Source: an uncultured delta proteobacterium
Lineage (GTDB): Bacteria; Desulfobacterota; Desulfobacteria; Desulfobacterales; JAFDCJ01
Assembly (NCBI GenBank): GCA_963769935.1
Contig: CAVYNY010000032.1
Coordinates: 96,001 to 160,000, forward strand
Direction: 5' to 3'
DNA: 64,000 nucleotides
Position numbers and translations under genes: made by a program. Each line of letters opens with the position of its first letter. Position 1 is the first letter of the stretch. Positions 49,355 to 58,752 of this stretch are shown here, in pieces. Under the pieces are notes generated by a model that worked only from the letters and a program-made list of their open reading frames with translations, was not told the origin of the DNA and ran no database searches.

Positions 49355-50374
49355 TTAATGTGAATAATCCGACTTGGTCTGAATCCGTTCCTTCAAACCT
49401 TTGATCAGGGCCGCACACACCTGGTTGGCATCGGCCACTACGGCGACGTCTGCCATCTTCATCATGGTGGCATTGGGGTTTTTATTGACGGCGATGATAA
49501 AGTCGGCATCGGCCAGAGCGGCGGTGTGCTGGATGGCGCCGCTGATGCCAAAGGAGAATAGAATTTGCGGTTTGATATTCTTGCCGGCCTGGCCCACCAG
49601 GGCGCTTTCATCGGCCCAACCCGCGTAGACGATGGGCCGGGTTGCACCGACTTCACCGGAAAGCAACTGCGCCAGCTCGAATATTTTTTTGAATTTTTGT
49701 TTGCTGCCCATGCCGCGTCCGCCGCACACAACGACTTTGGCTTCCTCGAGCTTCTGATCGCGCACCGGTTGGCGCTCGTAGGCCACCAGACGCAAGCGAT
49801 CCTTGGGCAGTTTTTCAGGCAACGGCAGGCGTATCACTTCCCCGTGCAGGGAATTGTCGTGCGGGATTTCCTGAAAAGTACCGGGACGCACCGTGGCTAT
49901 TTGGGGGCGATGCTCCGGGGTGAGGATCTCGGCGATAAGATTGCCGCCGAAGGAGGGCGCGATCTGCAGCAGATTCCCATCGGCATTGATTTCCAGCCCG
50001 ATACAATCGGCCGTAAGACCGGTGCCCAAGCGTTTGGCAACCCGCGGCGCAAACTCCCGGCCGAAAGATGTGGCCCCGATCAGGATTATTTCCGGCTGGT
50101 AGTCCCGGGCGAGTTTCTCCATTAAAATCGTATATTTTTCAACGCTGTACTGTTTAAGGGACGCGTCCTCGACCACCAGAACTTTCTGAGCGCCGTGGGC
50201 GATGTATTCAGCCACATATTCGTCAGTCTGGCAGCCGAACACCACGGCCCAAACCTGGGCATCCAGGGCGAGTGCCAGATCATTGGCCTTGGCCAGGAGT
50301 TGCAGGGTGACCCGGTTTTGAAAATAATTGCGATAATCGGCAAAAACCCATATGGAGCGCTTGGTTTGGTTCAT
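49355..50374 (-). CDS. etfA: Electron transfer flavoprotein alpha subunit
   Basis: GLTADC, ATVRPG, VVCGGRG, VGATRP, VGQAG, GISGAIQH. Confidence 0.92.
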   Translation of the reverse strand: MNQTKRSIWVFADYRNYFQNRVTLQLLAKANDLALALDAQVWAVVFGCQTDEYVAEYIAHGAQKVLVVEDASLKQYSVEKYTILMEKLARDYQPEIILIGATSFGREFAPRVAKRLGTGLTADCIGLEINADGNLLQIAPSFGGNLIAEILTPEHRPQIATVRPGTFQEIPHDNSLHGEVIRLPLPEKLPKDRLRLVAYERQPVRDQKLEEAKVVVCGGRGMGSKQKFKKIFELAQLLSGEVGATRPIVYAGWADESALVGQAGKNIKPQILFSFGISGAIQHTAALADADFIIAVNKNPNATMMKMADVAVVADANQVCAALIKGLKERIQTKSDYSH

Positions 50375-50385
50375 AGGTTCCCCAG

Positions 50386-50576
50386 GTTTAGAGTTCAGGG
50401 TTAAAGGCTAAAGGTTAAAGGTTAAAGGTTAAAGGATAAAGGTAAAAGGTAAAAGGATAAAGGATATTTATTCGTAGTAAGGTATTCTGCAGTGTACTGC
50501 TTCTCAAACCCTGCACCTCTGAGACCTGAACCGTTGAAGCCTGAACCTTTATCCTTTTTCCTTTAACCTTTTGCCT
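50386..50576. repeat. Inverted (TTAAAGG)n / (CCTTTA)n intergenic element
   Basis: ggttaaaggctaaaggttaaaggttaaaggttaaaggataaagg ... cctttatcctttttcctttaacctttt. Confidence 0.7.
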
Positions 50577-50579
50577 TCA

Positions 50580-51398
50580 TCAAATCTTCTTCAAATCCTT
50601 TCCCATGGCACCGCTGAGCTTTTCGCCGTATTTTTCGAAAATATCATTGACGACTTTTTGGGCGGTGCCCTTCAGGACGACATTCTTCTTTTCGGCGGTT
50701 GGAGAATACACATTGATAATTTTGGTTGGTGAACCCGGGCGGCCGATACGCTGCGAATCCAGCCCAAGGTCTTGAGCGGTCATGATTTTTATTTGCCGGC
50801 GGTCAAAGGCGGCCGCCAGCCCCTCCAATGATGGGTAGCGGGGCGCATAGGAGCGGGTCATAATGGTGATAAGCCCGGGCAGGTTCATTTCCATAATTTC
50901 CAGAAAATTGTCGGATACGCGCTGCATGCGTACCTTGCGGCCTGTAATCGCAAAGTCTTCAACATAAGCGGCGGCCGGGATATCCAGTTCTTCCGCGAGT
51001 TGGGGACCGACCTGGGCGGTTTCACTGTCACTGGTGAAACAGCCGCAGAGGACAAGATCAAAACCAGGGCATTGCTTTTCGATGGCCCGGGCCAGGGTGT
51101 ACGACGTGGCAAAGGTATCGGCGGCGGCAAAAGCCGGATCGGTCAGCAGCAGCCCGCGATCCGCACCGACGGCCATGGCCTCATAAAGTACTTCTTCGGC
51201 CATGGGCGGTCCCATGGTGATGGCGATAATTTCAGCTTTATGGCGGCTCTTTATCTGTAATGCGGCTTCCAGCGCATGGGCGCACGCCGGATTCATCATG
51301 CCTTCGGCCAGCTCGCGTTTTAAAGTTCCGGTTTTCGGATTCCACGGCAATTCGGAAACCATGGGAACCTGCTTTATGCAGACAACTATATTAAGCAT
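50580..51398 (-). CDS. etfB: Electron transfer flavoprotein beta subunit
   Basis: IVVCIKQVP, ITMGP, ADTFATS, DSETAQVGPQLAE, GSPT. Confidence 0.92.
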   Translation of the reverse strand: MLNIVVCIKQVPMVSELPWNPKTGTLKRELAEGMMNPACAHALEAALQIKSRHKAEIIAITMGPPMAEEVLYEAMAVGADRGLLLTDPAFAAADTFATSYTLARAIEKQCPGFDLVLCGCFTSDSETAQVGPQLAEELDIPAAAYVEDFAITGRKVRMQRVSDNFLEIMEMNLPGLITIMTRSYAPRYPSLEGLAAAFDRRQIKIMTAQDLGLDSQRIGRPGSPTKIINVYSPTAEKKNVVLKGTAQKVVNDIFEKYGEKLSGAMGKDLKKI

Positions 51399-51445
51399 TT
51401 TTACACATATTCCATGTATGGAAAACTTTTAGCAGTTCATTGTTA

Positions 51446-51648
51446 AAAAATTCCAAATAACAAGCACCAGAAAATTTAAATTCCAATATACAAGCACCAA
51501 ATTCCAAATAAATTCCAAATTCAAATAATCAATGACCAAAACGCCAGGAACAATATCCTAAATGTCAAACCTATGTCTGGCTATGTTTTGGATTTTGAAT
51601 TTGGTCATTGAGATTTGTTTGACAATTTGTTATTTGTGATTTGGAATT
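51446..51648. repeat. Inverted AATTCCAA/TTGGAATT intergenic element
   Basis: aaattccaaataacaagcacca...aaattccaaataaattccaaattcaaataatcaatgaccaaa versus tttggtcattg...ttgtgatttggaattt; a similar left arm lies at 1690-1745. Confidence 0.65.
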
Positions 51649-51687
51649 TAACCGGAAATCATTAAGAAAAATTCATGTTCTTCCTTG

Positions 51688-52836
51688 CTAAGTCAATTTC
51701 GACAGAATCGCCCTTGCGATCACCATCCTCTGGACTTCGCTGGTGCCTTCGTAAATTTCGGTTACTTTGGCGTCCCGGAAGTATCGCTCCACATCGTATT
51801 CTTTGCTGTAGCCGTAGCCGCCGTGTATCTGCAAGGCCTGATTCGTCACGTGCGAGGCGACCGTGCTGCAGTAAAGCTTGGCCATGGCAGCTTCGGCACC
51901 ATAAGGCCGGCCGGCATCCTTGGACGCACAGGCCCGATACAGCAGCAGGCGCGCGGCGTCAATTTCGGTCGCCATATCGGCGATGTAATTCTGAATGGTT
52001 TGAAATGAAGAAATGGGTTTTTTAAACTGCTGGCGCTCCTTGGAATATTTCACGGCTGCTTCAAAAGCTGCCTGGGCGATGCCCAGCGCCTGAGCCCCGA
52101 TGCCGATGCGGCCGGCATCCAGCGCGTTGAGACCGATCTTGAGCCCCTCTCCCGGCCGTCCCAGCATATGGCCGGCGGGCAGGCGGACATCTTCAAAAAA
52201 TAAGGAGGATACCGGGTTGGCGCGCATGCCGCACATGTCTTCCAACTCGCCTACCGAAAAGCCCGGCATGCTTTTTTCAACGATGAAAACACCGGCCCCG
52301 CCGCGCCGGTCTTCCAAGTCCATCACCGCAAAAACCAGCGCCAGATCACAGATGCCGCCGTTGGTGACAAATACCTTGGTTCCGTTGACAACGTATTCGC
52401 CGTTTTCATAGACGGCCGTGGTTTCAACGGCACCGGCGTCGGAACCGGCATTTGCCTCCGTCAAACAAAAGGCCCCGATATAGTCACCGGCGGCCAGCTT
52501 CGGCAGAAAGCGTTCTTTTTGTTCTTCGGTCCCGAAGCGCACTATGGGGTAGGTCCCAACGCTGTTATGGACCGTTACGCAAAGGCCGACGGCGGCGCAT
52601 ACCCGGGAAATCTCTTCGATGGTGATGGCATAGCTGATGGTGTCAAGCTCGGCCCCGCCGTATTTTTTCGGAACCTGCAATCCGAAATAATTCAGCGGGC
52701 GCATCTTTTCGATCACTTCCCGGGGAAAACGGGCCTCCCGATCGATTTCGTGGCTGATGGGGCCCAGTTCCGTCTCGGCGAACTTGCGGACCGTCTTGCG
52801 AATTGCGCTGTGTTTCATGCATGGGTTAAAGTCCAA
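51688..52836 (-). CDS. Acyl-CoA dehydrogenase (butyryl-CoA dehydrogenase-like)
   Basis: AFCLTEANAGSDA, NGTKVFVTNG, GRIGIGAQALG, QIHGGYGY, IYEGTSEVQ; upstream of etfBA. Confidence 0.92.
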   Translation of the reverse strand: MDFNPCMKHSAIRKTVRKFAETELGPISHEIDREARFPREVIEKMRPLNYFGLQVPKKYGGAELDTISYAITIEEISRVCAAVGLCVTVHNSVGTYPIVRFGTEEQKERFLPKLAAGDYIGAFCLTEANAGSDAGAVETTAVYENGEYVVNGTKVFVTNGGICDLALVFAVMDLEDRRGGAGVFIVEKSMPGFSVGELEDMCGMRANPVSSLFFEDVRLPAGHMLGRPGEGLKIGLNALDAGRIGIGAQALGIAQAAFEAAVKYSKERQQFKKPISSFQTIQNYIADMATEIDAARLLLYRACASKDAGRPYGAEAAMAKLYCSTVASHVTNQALQIHGGYGYSKEYDVERYFRDAKVTEIYEGTSEVQRMVIARAILSKLT

Positions 52837-52891
52837 GGTTTTGTTTCTCCGGTCATCAAATTAACGCAGGACTGATTCCGCTTCATAACGG

Positions 52892-53240
52892 AATGCCTAA
52901 AATGATCTAAAATGCCTAAAGTGCTCTAAAGTGCCTAATAATGCCTAAAGTGCCTAAAATGATCTAAAATGCCTAAAATTGAGGAAACGCTGCGCTCCAT
53001 CTTTTTTTCTCATCTTCTGATCTTCTCAGCTTCTTTCTCTTGTCCTCTGTCGTCTGTGCCGTGAGCTATGAGCCTTTTTTCTCATCTTCTGATCTTCTGA
53101 TCTTCTCAGCTTCTTTCTCTTGTCCTCTGTCGTCTTTGCTGTGAGCTATGAGCTATGAGCTTTTTTTCTGATCTTCTGATCTTCTGTTCTATCTTCTCAT
53201 TTTCTCATCTTCTCATCTTCTCACCTTCCCAGCTTCAGCT
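52892..53240. repeat. Composite low-complexity repeats: 10-mer ATGCCTAAAG-type array and a ~70 bp direct duplication of TCTTCTGA units
   Basis: aatgcctaaaatgatctaaaatgcctaaagtg... (52892-52980); tctcatcttctgatcttctcagcttctttctcttgtcctctgtcgtc...gtgagctatgagc occurs twice (53008-53160). Confidence 0.75.
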
Positions 53241-53272
53241 TCTCCCTTGCCGTCTGTCCTCTGATTCAGACC

Positions 53273-54419
53273 TCAAAGGACTTCCTTGAACGCCGTTACG
53301 ACCCTATCGATTTGCTCCCTGGAGATAACCAGCGGGGGCAGCAGCCGGATCACCGTGGCTCCGGCCAGCAGTACAATCACACCTTTTTCCATGAGCTGCT
53401 GGACATACGGTCCGGCTTTTTCTTTGAGTTCGACGCCGATCATCAGACCTAAGCCGCGAACCTCCCGGATCTTGGGGCTCTCAATTTGCCGCAGTTGATC
53501 CAGAACATAGGCGCCCAGGGTTTGGGCCTTTTGCACCAGCCCTTCGTCTTCAATGACCTTGAGGGAGGCCAGGGCCGCCGCACAGGCCGTCGGATTGCCG
53601 CCGAAGGTGGAGGTGTGGCTTTTAACCGGAACGCTGATCCGCTCGCTGCAAAGTACAGCCCCCATCGGGATGCCGCCGGCCAGGGATTTGGCCAGACACA
53701 GGATGTCGGGGTCGACGAATTGCTCGCAGGCGAACATGGTGCCGGTGCGGCCGAAACCGGTTTGCACTTCATCGAGGATCAACAGGATATTCAGATCATT
53801 ACACAGCCGGCGAACTTTTTGAAAGAATGAACGGTCGCCGACCCTGACTCCGCCTTCGCCCTGGACCGGTTCCAGTAAAATTGCTGCCGTCTGCCGGCCG
53901 ACGGCCGCCTCCAATTTTTCAAAATTGTTGTAGGGGACATGCTTCAGGCCCGGCAGCATGGGCTCGAATGGCTTCTGGTATTCCGGACCCCAGGTAGCGG
54001 CCAGGGCTCCCATGGTCTTGCCGTGGAAGCCGCGCATGGCCGCGATGATCTCGGGTTTGCCGGCTAGCGGCACGGGCAAATTTAAGCGCCGCTTCATTGG
54101 CTTCCGCACCCGAATTGCAGAAAAAGACCCTGGTCAGATTTGCGGGCGCCAGATTCACCAGTTTTTCAGCCAGACGGGCGCGCACCGGATTGTAGAACAT
54201 ACTGTAGCAGTTTCCGAGTGCGAGGTATTGTTCATACACGGCTTTGGCCACGGCCGGATGGCCGTGTCCGATGTTGGACACTCCCACATTGGAAGCACAG
54301 TCAATATACTCCCTGCCCTGGTCATCGAACAGCCGGGCGCCCTTGCCGCCCACCAAAACGATATCGCGGCGCGGGTACACCCCCAGTTCGTATTTTTGTT
54401 CCAGTTCGATTGTATTCAT
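53273..54419 (-). CDS. lysJ: [LysW]-aminoadipate semialdehyde transaminase (class III PLP), frameshift at ~54062
   Basis: [18 protein letters not shown] then GFHGKT in the next frame; [33 protein letters not shown]; lysW operon context. Confidence 0.85.
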
Positions 54420-55208
54420 TGGATTACCGTTCCCCGGGCGGCCAGCGCATCTTTGACCGGATGCTCGCTGCGCCCGTCACTGATGATGACCCTGGTCGCC
54501 CCCTGCTCAAAGAGCTTTCTGATGGCCAGCATTTTGCGCTTCATGCGGCCTTCCACCTGCTGCTCCCGGGCTTCCAGTTCCGAGGCCCCAATGGCCTTGA
54601 ATCAGCGTGGCGGGATCGTCTTTGTCGGCCAGAAATCCCGGCGCTTCAATCAGATTGATCACCGTATCGGCTTCCAGGGCTTGCTGCAGCACCCGGACCA
54701 CGTCGTCATTTTCGGTGTTGATGGCCGTATTCTGCTCATCGATAATCGGAACCGTCAGAACCGGGACATACCCGTTGTCCAGCAGCAGATGCAAAAGGGC
54801 CGCATTCACCGTCTCGGGTTTGCCGGAAAAATCTCTGACAATTTTCAATTTTTTGTTCTGATAGACCCGGATGCCCTTGTTGCGGGTTCCCTGAACCGTC
54901 CTGCCGTCGAGACCGGTAAGGCCGACGGCATTGATGCCCTGGCGCTGACACTGCTCGACAATGCGTTTGTTGCGCAGTCCCGCATAGGCCATCATCATGA
55001 CGTCCAAAAGTTTCTCGTCGGAGTATACGCTGGTGTATCCCTGGACCGAAGTGAGCACCTGCTTCGGCTGTCCCAGGTCTTCAGCCAGTTTATCCCGCAG
55101 CGCGTTGGCGCCGTGAACAATGACATACGGCTCGTGGATTGCGGCCAGATCTTCGATGATGCCCGCGATATTAATTTGGCTTCCCCCGCCGATCTTGACA
55201 ATGATCAT
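54416..55208 (-). CDS. lysZ: [LysW]-aminoadipate kinase, frameshift at ~54600
   Basis: MIIVKIGGG, VHGAN, GLTGLDG; removing one base continues ...GRMKRKML...[20 protein letters not shown], overlapping the lysJ ATG. Confidence 0.85.
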
Positions 55209-55844
55209 TTACCAGACCCTCACGGATTCGTTGGCGATTGGACGCCAGTTATTTTCGCCGGGGTAGGCGGCGGAGCAGACTACCAGCTCCCGGCCTTCCC
55301 TGAAGCGCAGGGTGAAATAGTCGTCGTCCTCGGAAAAATAGCTGGAGACAAATATACCCGATTCATTGACCATGATGATGTTCATGCCCCGGATATGACG
55401 GGTTCTTTTGCGGATGATGGCGACTGCTTTAGCCAGGGCCTGACGCGTGTCGCCGTTGTCGAAACGCCGGATGTAGTTGAAAATCTTTTCGGCCCCGATG
55501 CGACCCGCTTCCCGGATTTTTACCCCCCGTAATTCACCGTTGAAAATGAAGACGGTGCGGCCGTCGAAAAACGGCATGTTATTTTCAATTACGATGTCTT
55601 TGTCTTCGAAGGCGCTGCGGGCATGGGCCACCAGCAGTCTGGTTGCACCGAACCGGCTGAAGTCATCTTCCCAGACGGGGTTGATGTTGCGGTAAAACTT
55701 CCAGCCGGCCGTCTCATCCCGGTAGGCACACCCCCAGCCGTGCCCCTGGTATTCCTTGCTGTTTTTAGCGATACCGGCAAAGCGCGTCAAGTGGTGAGCA
55801 ATGGCAAACGGTGTTTCTGATTTTACGGTTAATAAGCGGCACAC
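55209..55844 (-). CDS. Class II glutamine amidotransferase / Ntn-hydrolase (EgtC/Dug3-like)
   Basis: N-terminal MCRLL (Cys2 nucleophile), GHGWG, AHARSA, NMPF, FNGEL; its stop abuts the lysZ ATG. Confidence 0.82.
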   Translation of the reverse strand: MCRLLTVKSETPFAIAHHLTRFAGIAKNSKEYQGHGWGCAYRDETAGWKFYRNINPVWEDDFSRFGATRLLVAHARSAFEDKDIVIENNMPFFDGRTVFIFNGELRGVKIREAGRIGAEKIFNYIRRFDNGDTRQALAKAVAIIRKRTRHIRGMNIIMVNESGIFVSSYFSEDDDYFTLRFREGRELVVCSAAYPGENNWRPIANESVRVW

Positions 55845-55854
55845 GGCTCTATAA

Positions 55855-56066
55855 TGAAGATTGAATATTGAATATTGAATATTTGTGGATAAAAATCGAT
55901 TTTACTTTTAAAATAATCTACTTAATTGCGATACGATCCATTTTAATGATCCGTCAATTTATTTTAGTAGCTGCCAAATTAAAATTGAACACGTTCCACC
56001 GCAAAGCTTTTATTAAAAAAGATAGAATACCTCAAATATTCAATCTTCAATCTTCAGTATTCAATC
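55855..56066. repeat. ATTGAAT-type inverted intergenic element
   Basis: tgaagattgaatattgaatattgaatatttg ... caaatattcaatcttcaatcttcagtattcaat. Confidence 0.7.
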
Positions 56067-56067
56067 C

Positions 56068-57090
56068 TTATACGGGGTGCAAGCCGGCAAAATCCAGGCC
56101 CTGGGTCTCCTCGAAGCCGCACATGACGTTCATGGCGTGCACCGCCTGGCCGGCGGCGCCCTTCATCAGGTTGTCAATGGCGGAAATCACCACCAGGCGG
56201 CTGCCGGCCAGTTCGAAACCAATGTCACAGTAGTTGGTGCCGATCAGAATTTTGGGCTCCGGATAGCGGTAAATGCCCTGCTTTTCTTTTACGATCCGGA
56301 TGAACGGCTCCTGGCCGTATACCTGGCGGTAGGTTTGCCAGATGTCTTTTTCGGTTAAGCCTTCATTGAGGAAAAGATGAGCGGTTACCAGAATGCCCCT
56401 GACCATCTCGATGGAGGTCGCTGAAAAATGGATGACATTGCCCAGCTCCTGCTCCATCTCGGCGATATGCCGGTGACCCGTCGGCCGGTAAGAGCGCACA
56501 CAGCCGCTTCTCTCCGGGTGGTGGGAGGCTTCACCGGCGGTGTTGCCGCCCTCCGAGGAGCCGCATTTGGCCTCCGCCACGACGGGTTTGGAAGTGTCCA
56601 CCACACCCTGCTTGAACAGCGGCCACAGGCCAAGAATAGTTGCCGTGGCGTTGCAGCCGGCGCCGCTGATATAGCGGGCCTGTTTCATTTCCTCCCGGTG
56701 CAGCTCGACATTGCCGTAGACGAACTCACCCAGCTTTTCGGGGTGCGTGTGGGTCACGCCGTACCATTGCTTGTATGCGGCGGCGTCTTTTAATCGGAAG
56801 TCGGCCGAAAGGTCGATAATCCGGTCGGCCAGGGATCGGAACTGCTCAAATTTTTGCATGCAGCGGGTATGGGGCAGGGCCGTGAAAAGCAGATCCGCTT
56901 CTTCCAATTCCTGCAAGCTGCAGAATTTAAGCGGGGTCCGTTTGCGAAGATTGGGGTGCAGGCGTGTGACGGGTTTGCCTGCAAATCTTTCCGAGGTGCA
57001 TTGATGAACCTCCACCTGCGGATGCTGCAACAGCAGCCGCAGCAGTTCTCCGCCTCCATAGCCGGATGCGCCCACAATACTCACTTTCAT
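56068..57090 (-). CDS. lysY: [LysW]-aminoadipyl-phosphate reductase (ArgC family)
   Basis: [55 protein letters not shown]. Confidence 0.9.
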   Translation of the reverse strand: MKVSIVGASGYGGGELLRLLLQHPQVEVHQCTSERFAGKPVTRLHPNLRKRTPLKFCSLQELEEADLLFTALPHTRCMQKFEQFRSLADRIIDLSADFRLKDAAAYKQWYGVTHTHPEKLGEFVYGNVELHREEMKQARYISGAGCNATATILGLWPLFKQGVVDTSKPVVAEAKCGSSEGGNTAGEASHHPERSGCVRSYRPTGHRHIAEMEQELGNVIHFSATSIEMVRGILVTAHLFLNEGLTEKDIWQTYRQVYGQEPFIRIVKEKQGIYRYPEPKILIGTNYCDIGFELAGSRLVVISAIDNLMKGAAGQAVHAMNVMCGFEETQGLDFAGLHPV

Positions 57091-57929
57091 TTGCGTCCCA
57101 CCTCCAGTACATAGTCGACGATCTTGGCCGGAATGTTTACCCCGGTAACATCGATGCTGTTTCTAAACTCCATGGTGTAATTGACTTCGTTGATCGAGTA
57201 CCCCTGATCCGTCTCAAAAACGTCGATGGCGACGACCCCTCCGCCGCAGGCCTTGGCGGCCTTGACGGAGATTTCGTAAAGCTCTTTGTCGACGGGACAG
57301 TTTGAGGTCCGGCCCCCGCGGGCCGTATTCGTAATCCAATGCTCCGCGTAACGGTAGATGGCGGCAATACATTCATCCCCCACCACAAAGCTGCGGATAT
57401 CCCGGCCTTTCTTTTCGATATATTCCTGAATATAAAATATGGAATGGTGGTAGCTGCCCAGAATTTGTTTGTGCTCCAGGATGGCTTCGGCTGCGTCCCG
57501 GTCATTGATTTTCGAAATCAGCCGGCCCCAGGATCCCGTGGTGGGTTTGATTACGCAGGGGTATCCGAGGTCGTCCATTGCAGCCAGCGCCGATTCGGGC
57601 GTGAATGCCAGATAGCAGCGGGGGGTCCTGATTTCCGCTTTGATCAGGGCCTGGGTGGTCAGGAACTTGCTGCCGCAGATTTCACCGACCTCCGGGGCGT
57701 TGACGGTGGGGATGCCATGGTCGCTGAAAATTTTCAGGGCATGCACGGCCCGGGAGTGGTTGACGCAGCGTTCAAGGAGCACATCGATGTCAAAATTGTT
57801 TTGGTGGAGATTAAAGAAATGCTCCCGATCGTCTATCTTGATCAGCTCCACATCCTGGCGGCTCCTGAATTCGTCTAAAAGGTACTTTTCTTCTTTGCGG
57901 ATTATTGAATGTAAGAATCCTACTCTCAT
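57087..57929 (-). CDS. lysX: Alpha-aminoadipate--LysW ligase (RimK-type ATP-grasp)
   Basis: [32 protein letters not shown]...[18 protein letters not shown]. Confidence 0.92.
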   Translation of the reverse strand: MRVGFLHSIIRKEEKYLLDEFRSRQDVELIKIDDREHFFNLHQNNFDIDVLLERCVNHSRAVHALKIFSDHGIPTVNAPEVGEICGSKFLTTQALIKAEIRTPRCYLAFTPESALAAMDDLGYPCVIKPTTGSWGRLISKINDRDAAEAILEHKQILGSYHHSIFYIQEYIEKKGRDIRSFVVGDECIAAIYRYAEHWITNTARGGRTSNCPVDKELYEISVKAAKACGGGVVAIDVFETDQGYSINEVNYTMEFRNSIDVTGVNIPAKIVDYVLEVGRK

Positions 57930-57958
57930 GTGTATCTCCGTAAACCGGACGAGCCGGA

Positions 57959-58158
57959 ATTGAAAATTGAAGAATGCAGATTGAATATTTATGGAAGTCG
58001 CTGCACTTCATCATTTTTTTAAGTGATCGATATTTAATTTATGGCCACCCGGCTTTTAAATTGATGAAAGGGCCGCATCGATTAACAATAAAAAGGAGTG
58101 TTGGAGTATTGGGATTTAGCCCATCACTCCAGTTCTCCATCGCTCCACCACTCCAATT
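57959..58158. repeat. ATTGAA-type arm plus TGGAGT/ACTCCA inverted element between lysW and lysX
   Basis: attgaaaattgaagaatgcagattgaatatttatggaagtcgct; ggagtgttggagtattggg ... cccatcactccagttctccatcgctccaccactccaa. Confidence 0.6.
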
Positions 58159-58168
58159 CTTCTGATGC

Positions 58169-58327
58169 CTACTCGCCCCAGTCTTCTTCTTCCTGGGGGG
58201 CCTCCCGAAGACTGTTTTGACCTTCCACTTCAAGTTCAGACCCGCAGTCCTCGCAGATGATGATTTCGCCCTCTTCGGCATCTTCATCCAGAACAATTTC
58301 CGCTCCGCACACAGGACATTCTGCCAT
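58169..58327 (-). CDS. lysW: Amino-group carrier protein LysW (52 aa)
   Basis: Below the ORF-track cutoff. Manual translation MAECPVCGAEIVLDEDAEEGEIIICEDCGSELEVEGQNSLREAPQEEEDWGE*: two CxxC, C-terminal EDWGE, GGGAGG RBS. Confidence 0.96.
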   Translation of the reverse strand: MAECPVCGAEIVLDEDAEEGEIIICEDCGSELEVEGQNSLREAPQEEEDWGE

Positions 58328-58399
58328 GTTGCACCTCCCTGAATTATGTTTCCAAATTTCTATAACTAAAAATAAAATACAGAGTATTTTTTAAGGCAT

Positions 58400-58552
58400 G
58401 CGTTTTGGCTCCATCATGGAAAAGGACCGGTTGGCCAGTTCCCCCGCTACGTCCGATTGCCCGCTAAAGATATAACCGGCTAACCGAGAAGCGCATTGTT
58501 CCAGCATGGCCCCATTTCAATTGGGGTGAAGCCACAGACCTCCCTAAAACGC
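58400..58552 (-). ncRNA. Putative structured 5' leader or ncRNA upstream of lysW
   Basis: Nested complementary segments 58400-58406/58546-58552, 58411-58421/58499-58509, 58427-58440/58474-58487, and hairpin 58510-58526. Confidence 0.45.
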
Positions 58553-58577
58553 CCCAAGGCGCAAAATTAAATTCGAT

Positions 58578-58606
58578 ATAATAGGGGAATTTGGAATTTT
58601 TGTCAA
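58578..58606 (-). promoter_or_regulatory. sigma70 promoter of the lysW operon
   Basis: Minus strand TTGACA (58606-58601)-17 bp-TATTAT (58583-58578). Confidence 0.7.
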
Positions 58607-58752
58607 AGGGGTAAATCGATTTATAAAGATAAAAAGGATAAAAAAATGCGCAGCATAAAGTAATTAATCCGCCGGACCTTCACTCAGACAATTGATTCAA
58701 TTTTAACGTATAATTTCATAAACCTGAAACTGCAATTTTTGCGGCGGATTAA

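Noticed and set aside
52892..53240. CRISPR array
   Set aside because: Units are 7-10 bp degenerate tandem repeats or a single duplication, with no unique spacers and no cas genes
53958..55532. 524 aa plus-strand ORF
   Set aside because: Antisense across lysJ, lysZ and the GATase; shadow frame
53273..57090. Annotation as classical argC/argB/argD acetylornithine genes
   Set aside because: Adjacent lysW (EDWGE) and lysX, plus LysY/LysZ-type motifs, indicate the carrier-protein pathway
58039..58296. 85 aa minus-strand ORF
   Set aside because: Out-of-frame overlap with the real 52 aa lysW at 58169-58327
58400..58552. Canonical lysine riboswitch
   Set aside because: Conserved AGAGGUGC, loop-E/kink-turn and five-way junction elements not recognised; kept only as an unassigned structured leader
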